From positions 1-20,138 of the forward strand of contig JBBQYG010000060.1 in the NCBI GenBank assembly GCA_038208905.1: a stretch of 20,138 bases of DNA, in the 5' to 3' direction. Position 1 is the stretch's first letter; the number at the start of each line of letters is the position of its first letter. Under the pieces are notes generated by a model. It ran no database searches and was not told the origin of the DNA. It was given only the letters and a program-made list of their open reading frames with translations. Shown one piece after another: positions 8,915 through 17,144 of the stretch. Position numbers and translations under genes: made by a program. Source of the stretch: Candidatus Sumerlaeia bacterium. Lineage in GTDB: Bacteria > Sumerlaeota > Sumerlaeia > SLMS01.

Positions 8915-9661
8915 TTACTGCTTCTTGCCCTGGTTCGCCACCGCCGCCGCCGCCTTGGCCACCGCCTCGGGATCGCCGAGGTAGTAGTGCTTGAGCGGCT
9001 TGAGATTGTCGTCCAACTCGTAAACCAGCGGAACACCCGTGGGGATGTTCAGCTCAAGGATCGCCTCCTCGCTCATCTGGTCCAGATGCTTGACCAGCGC
9101 GCGAAGGCTGTTGCCGTGGGCCACGATCAGCACGCGCTTGCCCTCGCGGATCTTCGGGGCGATCTCCGAATTCCAGAGCGGAAGAAATCGCGCCACGGTG
9201 TCCTTGAGGCTTTCCGAAAGGGGAAGCTGCGCGCTGTCCACGCCCGCATAGCGGCGGTCGTGGTGCGGCGCGCGCGGATCGGAGACCTCCAGCGGCGGGG
9301 GAGGGGTCGAGTAGGACCGGCGCCAAATCTTCACCTGCTCCTCCCCGTGCTTTTCCGCGGTCTCCGCCTTGTTGAGGCCCTGCAGCGCGCCATAGTGCCG
9401 CTCGTTCAGGCGCCAGTCGCGGATCACCGGCAGCCACATCTGGTCGAGTTCGTCCAGCGCGATCCACATGGTCCTGATCGCGCGCTTCAGCGTCGATGTA
9501 TAGACAACATCGAACTCGAACTTCTCCTCGCGGAGCAGCTTGCCGGAGGACTTCGCCTCGTCGAACCCCTGCGCGTTCAGGTCCACATCCGTCCACCCGG
9601 TGAATCGATTCTCGTGGTTCCAAGTGCTGTGCCCATGGCGGAGGAGAACGAGCTTGTGCAT
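8915..9661 (-). CDS. gpmA: 2,3-bisphosphoglycerate-dependent phosphoglycerate mutase
   Basis: [57 protein letters not shown], canonical C-terminus AVANQGK. Start at ATG 9661. Confidence 0.97.
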   Translation of the reverse strand: MHKLVLLRHGHSTWNHENRFTGWTDVDLNAQGFDEAKSSGKLLREEKFEFDVVYTSTLKRAIRTMWIALDELDQMWLPVIRDWRLNERHYGALQGLNKAETAEKHGEEQVKIWRRSYSTPPPPLEVSDPRAPHHDRRYAGVDSAQLPLSESLKDTVARFLPLWNSEIAPKIREGKRVLIVAHGNSLRALVKHLDQMSEEAILELNIPTGVPLVYELDDNLKPLKHYYLGDPEAVAKAAAAVANQGKKQ

Positions 9662-9828
9662 CGTGGAAGGTATCCTTTTGGAAGTCGGTTGCGCGGGAGG
9701 GTTTGTGGCGCACGCCACGGGCTGCGAAGAGGCGGAAGGGTTCTTCCCGCCTCCCCCCGTGGGCAAGCGTATTTGGGAACGCGCGCGGATTCCCCTTACG
9801 CACCACGGGGGATTCGCCTCAATGGGCC

Positions 9829-11019
9829 ATGATTACTCCCCCTGCCATCGCCTGGACGCTCCTCGCCCTCGTCGCCTTGCTGTGGTTCGTCCTCTGGCAT
9901 CGCAAGTTCTGGAGCCACCACCGCGCCACGCCGCGTCTGGGTCGCGCCCGCGTCGGCCCCGGCGCTCCGTTCGTCACGGTCTGCGTCCCCGCGCGAGACG
10001 AGGAACGCTACGTTGGCGCCGCCGTGCGCTCGCTCATCGCTCAGGACTACCCGCGATTCCGCGTCGTTGTCGCCAACGACCGTTCCACCGATGGCACGGC
10101 GGCGATTCTCGACGGCATAGCCCGCGACGCCGATCCGGCCCGCCTGACAGTGCTGCACGTCCCCGAGCCGCCCGAAGGCTGGATGGGGAAGTGCCACGCG
10201 CTCCACCGCGCCGTCGCCGCCGCGCCGCCAGAGACTGAGTTCTACCTCTTCACCGACGCCGACGTGATCCACCGGCCCGACACGCTCTCGCGGTCCGTTG
10301 CCCAGATGATGGAGGAGAGGGCCGATCTCTTCGCCATCTCGCCGCGCGTCCAGTGCGTCGGCGCGTGGGAAAACGCGCTCCTCCCGCTCTTCATGCAACT
10401 CGGCGTTATCCAGATCGACCCACGCCACCTCAACGACCCAGAGCGAAAGGAAATCGTCGGCATAGGGGCCTTCACACTGATCCGCCGCTCGATGTATGAA
10501 TCATGGGGAGGGCATCGCCGCATCCGCGGAGAGACCATCGACGACATGGCGATGGGCCTGCTGACCAAGCGCGCCGGCGGACGCCTCCTCCTCGTCCGCG
10601 GCGGCGCCGCGGTGCGGCTGCGAATGTACACCTCGCTCCAGGGCATCATCGCCGGCTTCGAGAAGAACATGCACACGGCGGTCGGCGGCGGCTGGGACCG
10701 CGCCGTCGGCGGCGCGATCTTCTTCCCCCTCGCCCACGCCTCGCCCGCCATTGTCGCGATTGCCGCCGCGCTCTGCGGAGCCTGGCCACTCGCCCTCGCT
10801 GCCCTCGCGCTCCACGCGGCCTGCGCCGCGGTGCTCGTCGCGCGAACGCGCCACTACCTCGCCATCCGCCCCGCCCTCGTCGCGATCATGTACCCCGCGG
10901 GGGCCCTCCTCGCCGCGTATATACTCCTCCTCTCCACCTACCACGCCCGCCAGCGAGGCGTCGTGAGATGGCGGGGCCGGGAGATCAAAAGGCCGAGGCA
11001 GATGACGAAGTTGTCGTGA
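9829..11019 (+). CDS. Membrane-anchored family 2 glycosyltransferase (HpnB/CrtQ/CruC-like)
   Basis: N-terminal [29 protein letters not shown] (DxD), IDDM, RMY..GFEKN, C-terminal TMs and VRWRGR, which are typical of lipid/isoprenoid glycosyltransferases. Confidence 0.85.
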   Translation: MITPPAIAWTLLALVALLWFVLWHRKFWSHHRATPRLGRARVGPGAPFVTVCVPARDEERYVGAAVRSLIAQDYPRFRVVVANDRSTDGTAAILDGIARDADPARLTVLHVPEPPEGWMGKCHALHRAVAAAPPETEFYLFTDADVIHRPDTLSRSVAQMMEERADLFAISPRVQCVGAWENALLPLFMQLGVIQIDPRHLNDPERKEIVGIGAFTLIRRSMYESWGGHRRIRGETIDDMAMGLLTKRAGGRLLLVRGGAAVRLRMYTSLQGIIAGFEKNMHTAVGGGWDRAVGGAIFFPLAHASPAIVAIAAALCGAWPLALAALALHAACAAVLVARTRHYLAIRPALVAIMYPAGALLAAYILLLSTYHARQRGVVRWRGREIKRPRQMTKLS

Positions 11020-11021
11020 GG

Positions 11022-11209
11022 CGGAAGGAAGAGAACTAGCCGCGGATTGCGCGGATGACGCGGATTAAAGGCATTCCTGCCGGGCGATGCGGGTAACTCC
11101 GCTCGGGCAAGATGCCCAAGCCACCCTTGACGAAGAACCGCGGATCCCGCGGACAACCCGGAACCCAATCCGCGTCATCCGCGTAATCCGCGGCCTTTTT
11201 TCCCTTCCG
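11022..11209. repeat. Composite intergenic inverted-repeat element (REP/MITE-like), probably also acting as a terminator between convergent genes
   Basis: The 28-bp arms 11039-11066 and 11167-11194 are reverse complements at 27/28 positions and are built from 9-bp CGCGGATNN units. Outer imperfect extension CGGAAGG (11022-11028) / CCTTCCG (11203-11209). A degenerate third arm lies at 11138-11162, and a T6 run follows the right arm. Confidence 0.85.
11102..11124 (-). repeat. GTRG-type REP-like palindrome
   Basis: Minus strand reads GTGG-CTTGGGCA-TCT-TGCCCGAG: a tetranucleotide tag followed by an imperfect hairpin. Confidence 0.6.
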
Positions 11210-11219
11210 ATGATCCAGC

Positions 11220-12293
11220 CTACTTCCCGATTTCCTTCCGGTGCTTCTGCATCGCCTCCACCAGCTTTTCCGCCCCATAGCGGATCGGGTCCGTGGCGGG
11301 CACGCCCAGCAGCTTCTCCGCGTCGGCGATGGCGGCCTTGGCCTCCTCGTCGGAGACGCCGACGGAGTTGAACGAGACGCCGACCAGCTTGGCGTTGGGC
11401 TTGAACGGCCTCACGATGTCGATGTAGGGGCGCATCACTTCGTCGAGCGAGGGGATAGGCACCTCGCGGATGTTGGAAATCTCGCGCCGCGTGATCTGGT
11501 GGCAGAGGACGAAGCTGTCGGGGCAGGAGCCATGCACAAGGCCCAGCGTCACCGAACTGAACCCGGGGTGCAGGAGCGATCCCTGACCCTCGACCAGGAT
11601 GATCTCGGAGCCCTCGCAAGTGAGCACGTCGCGCTCCACGCAGCCTGCCATAAAGTCGCCGGGAATCGCGTCGATGGGTGAGCCCCATCCCGCGATGGCG
11701 ATGCCGCACTGGCCCGTTGCCACAAACTCGCAATCGATGCCCCGGGCCTTCGCCGCGCGGTCGATTTCCAGCGCCACCGTCATCTTGCCGATGGCGCAAT
11801 CGCTCCCGACCATCAGCGAGATATAGCTCTTGCTCCAGCGCGTCAGCCCGCCGCCCACGGGCAGGTGCTTGTCGGGCTTGCGGATATCCCACAGCATCAC
11901 GCCCTTGCGCTTTGCCGCCGCCACCAACTCCGGGTCGTCAGTCAGGAAATCGTGGAGCCCCGCATAGACGTCGAGTCCGTGCTCGATCGCCTCCAGCAGC
12001 GTCTGCTTCATGTCGTCGGGAAGGCGTCCGCCCGCGGGCGTGATGCCCACCAGGATCGCCTCCGGCTGGAAATCCAGCGCGTCCCTCAGCGAGGCAACCA
12101 CCGGCACATCGCCGCCAAAGCCGATCACCTGGTTGGCCGTCTCGCCCACGCGGGTCGAGTCGATCACCGCCAGCGAGTGATGGTATCCGTAGCGCAGAAC
12201 GCCCGTCGTCATCTTGCTCTTGCGATGCGAGAAATTCCCCTCCGCCAGATGGATCAACCGCTTGGGGGGAATCGCCTTCGTCTTGTGACTCAC
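11220..12293 (-). CDS. DUF1611 family protein (DgcN-like putative D-amino acid N-acetyltransferase)
   Basis: KMTTGVLRY, GITPAGGRLP, GLHDFL, GSDCAIGKMT, FVATGQCG, DFMAGCVE, VEGQGSLLHP, LVHGSCPD. GGAGA RBS before the GTG start. Confidence 0.88.
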   Translation of the reverse strand: MSHKTKAIPPKRLIHLAEGNFSHRKSKMTTGVLRYGYHHSLAVIDSTRVGETANQVIGFGGDVPVVASLRDALDFQPEAILVGITPAGGRLPDDMKQTLLEAIEHGLDVYAGLHDFLTDDPELVAAAKRKGVMLWDIRKPDKHLPVGGGLTRWSKSYISLMVGSDCAIGKMTVALEIDRAAKARGIDCEFVATGQCGIAIAGWGSPIDAIPGDFMAGCVERDVLTCEGSEIILVEGQGSLLHPGFSSVTLGLVHGSCPDSFVLCHQITRREISNIREVPIPSLDEVMRPYIDIVRPFKPNAKLVGVSFNSVGVSDEEAKAAIADAEKLLGVPATDPIRYGAEKLVEAMQKHRKEIGK

Positions 12294-12323
12294 TTGAATT
12301 TCTCCGGTGGTTTACTGGTTGGT

Positions 12324-13349
12324 TCAGGCAAATTGGTGATGTGGCAGGCCGATGCCCGGCTCGTCGCCCAGCGGCAACTCGGGAGAGAACTCCGCGAGGC
12401 TCCCCGGCGGGAACGGATCGTTGGTCGTCAGCATGTGGGCATCCACATCCATGTAGTCCACGAGCCCCGCCAACTGCGACGCCGCGCCAAGGCCGAGGCG
12501 CGTTTCCAGCATGCAGCCGATGAGGATCATCCAGCCTTCCTCCCGCGCGAAGCGGATCATGCGGAGGGCCTCGGTGATGCCGCCGCACTTCATCAGCTTG
12601 ATGTTGATCCCGTGAACGCGCCCGCGCAGCGGCGCCAGGCTCGACACGTCCTGCGCGTCCTCGTCCACCACGATGGGAAGTTCGGACTCGCGCGTAAGGG
12701 TCTTGAGTTCCTCCAAGTTGCCGATCTTCAGCGGCTGCTCGATGAACTCCACGCCCAGCTCGCCCAGCTTCGGCCACATCTCTCGCGCCGTTGCCAGATC
12801 CCATCCCGCGTTGGCATCGACGCGCAGCACCGCATTCGGCGCCGCCTTGCGGATGCGCTTCATCGCGTCCAGATCCGTCGCCGCGTCGCGGCCCAGCTTG
12901 ATCTTGAGGAAGGGAAGATGCGCCGCCTCGCGCGCGCGCTCCTCCATCACCGCGTTGTCGCCAAGGCTCACCGTATAGGTCGTCTTGCCGGTTGGCTTCT
13001 CCTTGCCGAGCAGCGCGTGCACCGGCTTTCCCGCGCGACGCCCCGCGGCATCCCACAGGGCGATGTCGAACGCGGCCTGGGCGCCGGAGGGAGCGCCGAC
13101 TTCCTTGCGCGACCGGGCATCCAACTCCTCGATGTTGCCGATGTTCTCTTCCGTGACCAGCGCCGCCAGCTTCTCCAGCACCGGAGCGAAATCCTCCGCC
13201 TTCTGATCCTTGTACCGAACCGGCGTCCCCTCGCCCTGTCCCATGACGCCGAGGCGGAAGAGGCACGTATATGCCTCGGTGCTGACCCCGCGCGAAATCC
13301 CGAAGGGGTATCGCAGCTTGAGCGTGAAAACCGACTGGTGGGATTTCAT
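12324..13349 (-). CDS. Enolase-superfamily dipeptide epimerase (L-Ala-D/L-Glu epimerase / DgcA-like)
   Basis: FGISRG, KIK catalytic motif, metal ligands VDAN, IEQP, VDE, NIKLMKCGG, GCMLE, and the DVD (DxD) dipeptide-epimerase motif. Confidence 0.9.
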   Translation of the reverse strand: MKSHQSVFTLKLRYPFGISRGVSTEAYTCLFRLGVMGQGEGTPVRYKDQKAEDFAPVLEKLAALVTEENIGNIEELDARSRKEVGAPSGAQAAFDIALWDAAGRRAGKPVHALLGKEKPTGKTTYTVSLGDNAVMEERAREAAHLPFLKIKLGRDAATDLDAMKRIRKAAPNAVLRVDANAGWDLATAREMWPKLGELGVEFIEQPLKIGNLEELKTLTRESELPIVVDEDAQDVSSLAPLRGRVHGINIKLMKCGGITEALRMIRFAREEGWMILIGCMLETRLGLGAASQLAGLVDYMDVDAHMLTTNDPFPPGSLAEFSPELPLGDEPGIGLPHHQFA

Positions 13350-13392
13350 GGGGACCTATCCGCAAGGGGCTCGAAAGACGCCGGCGAAAGGC

Positions 13393-13421
13393 ATTGTCGT
13401 GTCAGCGTGGCCAGCAAGCAA
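13393..13421 (-). promoter_or_regulatory. Weak candidate sigma70 promoter for the epimerase-DUF1611 pair
   Basis: TTGCTT (13416-13421), 17-nt spacer, GACAAT (13393-13398). Confidence 0.25.
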
Positions 13422-13490
13422 CCGGCCCCCGTGCCAGAGGGCAAGGTGGATTCTCGGAAGCTGCGACCCCATTTGCGTATTTCGACATTT

Positions 13491-16400
13491 CTACCACGCG
13501 ATATCCGAGCAGTCGATAATCCCGTCCCCATTTCGGTCCTGATCGACCGCCACGCTAGGCCTCCGGCCCAGTAGCGCATCCCGCGCGGCATACGGTTCCG
13601 GGGTCGTGGTGGCGGTCGCGGATGCCGTAGCATTGGGCGTCTCCGTTGGGCCCGGAAGATCGGTTGGATCTGGTGTCATGGTGGGTGCCGGACTGTCCGT
13701 CGGCATCGAAGTCCCCGTTGGAGTCGGAGTGTCCGTCGGCGTTGGTGTTTCCGTCGGCGACGCGGTTGGCGACGGCGATGGAGTCGGCGACGGCTCCGAC
13801 CCAAGAACCAGCAGGCGTGCGGAGGCCACGGCGACCGGCGCCCCCGCAGTGTTGAATAGGCGAAGCGTCATCGAGGTCTCGCGCGTCTGATCCGCCAGAA
13901 ACGCCCGTTCGAGAAGCGGGCCCTCGCCCGTGGTCCCGTCGTCGAACTCCCACCGGAAGTCGAAGGGGGGCAGCGGTCCCTCCCCCCCGCCGCGAATCGT
14001 CACCGTGGACCCGCTCGCCACTTCTTCCTGCGCCAGCCAGATCGTGGCCGCCGACTTGTCGTGCCGGGCGCCGATGCGCATCCACTGGGCGATGTCGCGC
14101 CGCTCCCTGCCGCTGATCTTGCCATAGGGCGGCATTACCGATCCATAGCCCGGCGCGGAACAATTCACCTTGTCCAGAAGGTACTGATCGATCGGCGGGA
14201 GGATGGACGCCTCGTGCTGCTCCGCCAGAAACTTCGATGGCATTTCGTCGCTCCGGCGATTGACCACCATGCTGAAGGAGAGGCCCTCCGCCAGCACCAG
14301 CCCCCGATACGGGCTGACCGGCCCGTGGCAGCCGATGCAATGCGTGTTGAAGATGGTCTGAACCTCGGCGTACGAGACCACAAACCACCCGGGCGCGGCC
14401 AGATTGTCGCAATCCTCGGGCTCCGCGATGCGCTGGACCTCCACGATGGCGGGAACCTCTCCCGGTCCCTCCGCTGGGAACTCGTTCTCCAGCGTCTGGT
14501 ACTCCTCCTCCGTTCCGCCAAGGGTCGCCTCGATCTGGAAGACTCCCGGCGTATCCCCCGTGCGAATCGGCAGATAGAAGCGTCCATCAACATCCGCGCT
14601 TTCTTCCGCCCCGGGGTAGGGCTGGGGCACACCCCGCGAGTCACGAAGGAAGATCGACAGCCCGGCCCCGGGAATCGGACTTCCATCAACCGCATCGATC
14701 ACCTCGCCGACCAGCGCGGCCTCCGAAAGGTGGATCTCCAATTCGTGCGACTCGCCAGTGGCGAGCGGATACCGCCGCGTCACCAGCCCCGGCGATTCCA
14801 CCGTCACGTCGATCAGGCCGCTGACCGATTCGAATGGCGGAACCATAACGGAGAACTCCCCGCCTTGCCCGGCGAGGCCTTCCCCCAGCGCAGGGCCGCC
14901 GCGTTGCGTCACGAGGACAGTCGCCTCCACCGGTGCCAGCGGCAACCTGCTCGCGTCCAACACCCGCCCTGTCAGCGTCGCCGTGGTGACCCGCTCGAAC
15001 ACGCGCAACTGGCGCGAGTCGGAGGCCTGCTGGCCAAACGTATCGGTGGCCGTTGCCGTCAAATCATAGAGGCCCGGTTCCGTAACCACGTGAGTGAACG
15101 GGGCGTTGGACTGCATATACAGGCCCCCCGAGCGCCACTCGACCGTGGTTGCATCCGCGTCGGTGACCACTGCGGAAAAATCAACGGCCAGCGGCGCCTC
15201 GCCCTCCAGCGGGGACACGTTGATCGCGATCGACGGCGGCTCGTCGGGCACACGATAGCTGAACCGGTCGATTCCGCCGGAGAAATGCAGCGTCGCCGCC
15301 ACGAGGATGCTGCCGTCCCCAAGCATCGTCATGTCCGACGCGCCCACCACCAGATGTGGATACTGGTAGAATGTCTCCACCGTGCCGGGGGATTTATCCT
15401 CGCCGACCTGAAGCGTATAGACATGGCCCGGCTTGCCGCCGTCCTGAAAGAATCCGAAATCGGAATAGAACAGCCGGTCGCGGAACATCTCCGGGAACAT
15501 GTCGCCGGTGTAGGTGAGGAGGCCCACCACGGCTGCTCCCTCGAACTCGCCCTTGCCGTGCAGATACGAATACCACGGATTGCGGTAGTCGGCGGGATGC
15601 GCCACTCCTGGATTGTCGGAAGAAGGTCCATCGATCTGCGGCCAGCCGTAATTGGCGCCGCGTTCCAGCACGTTGATTTCCTCCCAGATGTTCGATCCCA
15701 CGTCGGCCACCAGGAACATGCCGTGGGGCGCGCTATAGTGCAGCCGGTATGGATTCCTCAGCCCCTTCGCATAGATATAGCTCGCCGACGAACCCGGCGC
15801 CGCCGGGTTGTAGAACGGGTTGTCCTCCGGCGCGGTGCCATCGGGCCTCATGCGCAGGACCTTGCCCCGCCACGAGTCCAGGCTCTGGGAATTGGCGGGC
15901 TTCGCACTATCGCCCACCCCCATGTACAGCATTCCGTCGGGCCCGAATTCCAGCCCGCCGCCGAAATGAATCAGCGACAGCACCGAGTCCACGGCGAACT
16001 CGAAGACGACCGCGCGATCATTCGGAAGGATGCCGTGGCGGTTCGCCGGATCGACGGTGAAGCGCTCCACGCGAATCGTGCGCGCCGTTGGCACAAGACC
16101 CTCGCTCAGCGGGCCCGTCTCAGACGTATAGCAAAGATAGAAATGGCCCGTCGCCGCGAAGTCCGGCGCCGCCACACACCCGATCACGCCGGATTCATTG
16201 CGCGGCACGTTGCGCAGGTTGAGAAAGGGCGGCGGAAGGATGCCGGTGCCACTGGGGCGGACATCCACCGCGGGGTCCCACAGGTAGGCGCGCACATCGC
16301 CAAGGCCGATCACCACGCGCCCGTCGGGAAGCGCCCTCAGCGTTGAAACCGACGCCTCTGGTCTCTCTGGATTCGGCGGATTGGGATTCGCGAAGTCCTC

Positions 16401-16532
16401 CACATCGAAGACTCGCCGCACTTCCATGCCGGGAAACGACGCGTGCGCCGAACCGATCACCGTCGCCAAGGCGACTGAAGCGAAAACAATGAACCGATTG
16501 GCCTTCTTCGCGAAGGCGGCAACTCCCCGCAT
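13491..16532 (-). CDS. Secreted multidomain PQQ-dependent sugar dehydrogenase (GSDH family) with PKD/Ig-like domains, c-type cytochrome domain, Pro/Thr linker and dockerin-like C-terminus
   Basis: Signal peptide ending AHA. GSDH motifs HFGGGLEFGPDGMLY, GKVLR..PEDNPF, GLRNPYR, DVG..WEEIN..GANYGWP. PKD (GEAPLAVDFSA..EPGLY). Two GxVxDA carboxypeptidase-regulatory-like starts. CIGCH (14325-14339) with distal MPP. FRWEFDDG PKD-like segment, PT-rich tract, and terminal DRNGDGIIDCSD. Confidence 0.85.
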   Translation of the reverse strand: MRGVAAFAKKANRFIVFASVALATVIGSAHASFPGMEVRRVFDVEDFANPNPPNPERPEASVSTLRALPDGRVVIGLGDVRAYLWDPAVDVRPSGTGILPPPFLNLRNVPRNESGVIGCVAAPDFAATGHFYLCYTSETGPLSEGLVPTARTIRVERFTVDPANRHGILPNDRAVVFEFAVDSVLSLIHFGGGLEFGPDGMLYMGVGDSAKPANSQSLDSWRGKVLRMRPDGTAPEDNPFYNPAAPGSSASYIYAKGLRNPYRLHYSAPHGMFLVADVGSNIWEEINVLERGANYGWPQIDGPSSDNPGVAHPADYRNPWYSYLHGKGEFEGAAVVGLLTYTGDMFPEMFRDRLFYSDFGFFQDGGKPGHVYTLQVGEDKSPGTVETFYQYPHLVVGASDMTMLGDGSILVAATLHFSGGIDRFSYRVPDEPPSIAINVSPLEGEAPLAVDFSAVVTDADATTVEWRSGGLYMQSNAPFTHVVTEPGLYDLTATATDTFGQQASDSRQLRVFERVTTATLTGRVLDASRLPLAPVEATVLVTQRGGPALGEGLAGQGGEFSVMVPPFESVSGLIDVTVESPGLVTRRYPLATGESHELEIHLSEAALVGEVIDAVDGSPIPGAGLSIFLRDSRGVPQPYPGAEESADVDGRFYLPIRTGDTPGVFQIEATLGGTEEEYQTLENEFPAEGPGEVPAIVEVQRIAEPEDCDNLAAPGWFVVSYAEVQTIFNTHCIGCHGPVSPYRGLVLAEGLSFSMVVNRRSDEMPSKFLAEQHEASILPPIDQYLLDKVNCSAPGYGSVMPPYGKISGRERRDIAQWMRIGARHDKSAATIWLAQEEVASGSTVTIRGGGEGPLPPFDFRWEFDDGTTGEGPLLERAFLADQTRETSMTLRLFNTAGAPVAVASARLLVLGSEPSPTPSPSPTASPTETPTPTDTPTPTGTSMPTDSPAPTMTPDPTDLPGPTETPNATASATATTTPEPYAARDALLGRRPSVAVDQDRNGDGIIDCSDIAW

Positions 16533-16645
16533 GTCCCCAGCCCCAATTGGTTCTATTCGCCCGTGTCGAATGTGCTGCCGCCTTTAGGAAAGACCCGCAT
16601 TGCAAGCGCAACCGGAATGTCCCCCGCACCCATCCATTCGCGGCC

Positions 16646-17137
16646 CTATTCGAGGCCCTCGTCGACGAGTTCCAGATACTCGGGCAGTGGAAACATCCGC
16701 ACCAGCGACAGATAGTCCATCGCCCGCGCCACGGGGTTCACGCCAACGGCAAAGCCTTCGCCGTCCTCGCCCAGCGCCACCGGAATGCCCAGCTCGCCCA
16801 TCGCGTCGCGAATCATCTCCGCATATACGTCGGCTGATTGCAGCAGGATGCCCATCGGAAGGGTATGCCGACCGTCCCCTTCATCGATTCGCTTCCCGGG
16901 CAGCAGCAGTCCCCGGCCGCCTCGCCGCTCCGCCAGCACCTGCACGCGTTCGGCCAGTTCCTCCGCGGCGCAGGCCGTCGCCGCGCTGATCGCCGCGCGG
17001 CGCTTGAGCCAGTCAAACTCGAATGTGGCTTTGGCGTCCCGGTTCCGCGAGTCCTCGCATACCGACTTGAGCGCCAGCAGCAAGTCCGCAGGCGCAAAGC
17101 GGACCTTCAGCCTGAACCGATGCTTCTTGCCAGCCAT
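16646..17137 (-). CDS. Hypothetical protein
   Basis: 163-aa ORF coupled to the radical SAM stop (TGA-CA-ATG, or GTGA overlap from 17143). Globular-looking composition; fills the gap on the operon strand. Confidence 0.65.
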   Translation of the reverse strand: MAGKKHRFRLKVRFAPADLLLALKSVCEDSRNRDAKATFEFDWLKRRAAISAATACAAEELAERVQVLAERRGGRGLLLPGKRIDEGDGRHTLPMGILLQSADVYAEMIRDAMGELGIPVALGEDGEGFAVGVNPVARAMDYLSLVRMFPLPEYLELVDEGLE

Positions 17138-17144
17138 TGTCACC
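17133..17144. repeat. 12-bp direct repeat, copy 1 (GCCATTGTCACC)
   Basis: Identical to 17918-17929. Spans the radical SAM stop and the start of the downstream gene. Confidence 0.9.

Noticed and set aside
11036..11371. Small ORFs across the repeat element (ADYADDAD / RVIRVIR peptides)
   Set aside because: Products of the 9-bp repeat periodicity that overlap DUF1611; no GxxExxY or other domain follows.
13418..13436. Sigma54-like TGGCAC...TTGC upstream of the epimerase
   Set aside because: The spacer is 9 nt instead of the strictly required 5.
13595..13800. Short tandem-like DNA repeats (GGCGACGGC, CCGTCGGC)
   Set aside because: They encode the Pro/Thr/Ser linker and have no constant repeat-spacer period, so this is not a CRISPR array.
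11865..16346. Long plus-strand ORFs 11865-13574 and 14061-16346
   Set aside because: Antisense to well-supported genes; Arg/His-rich shadow composition.
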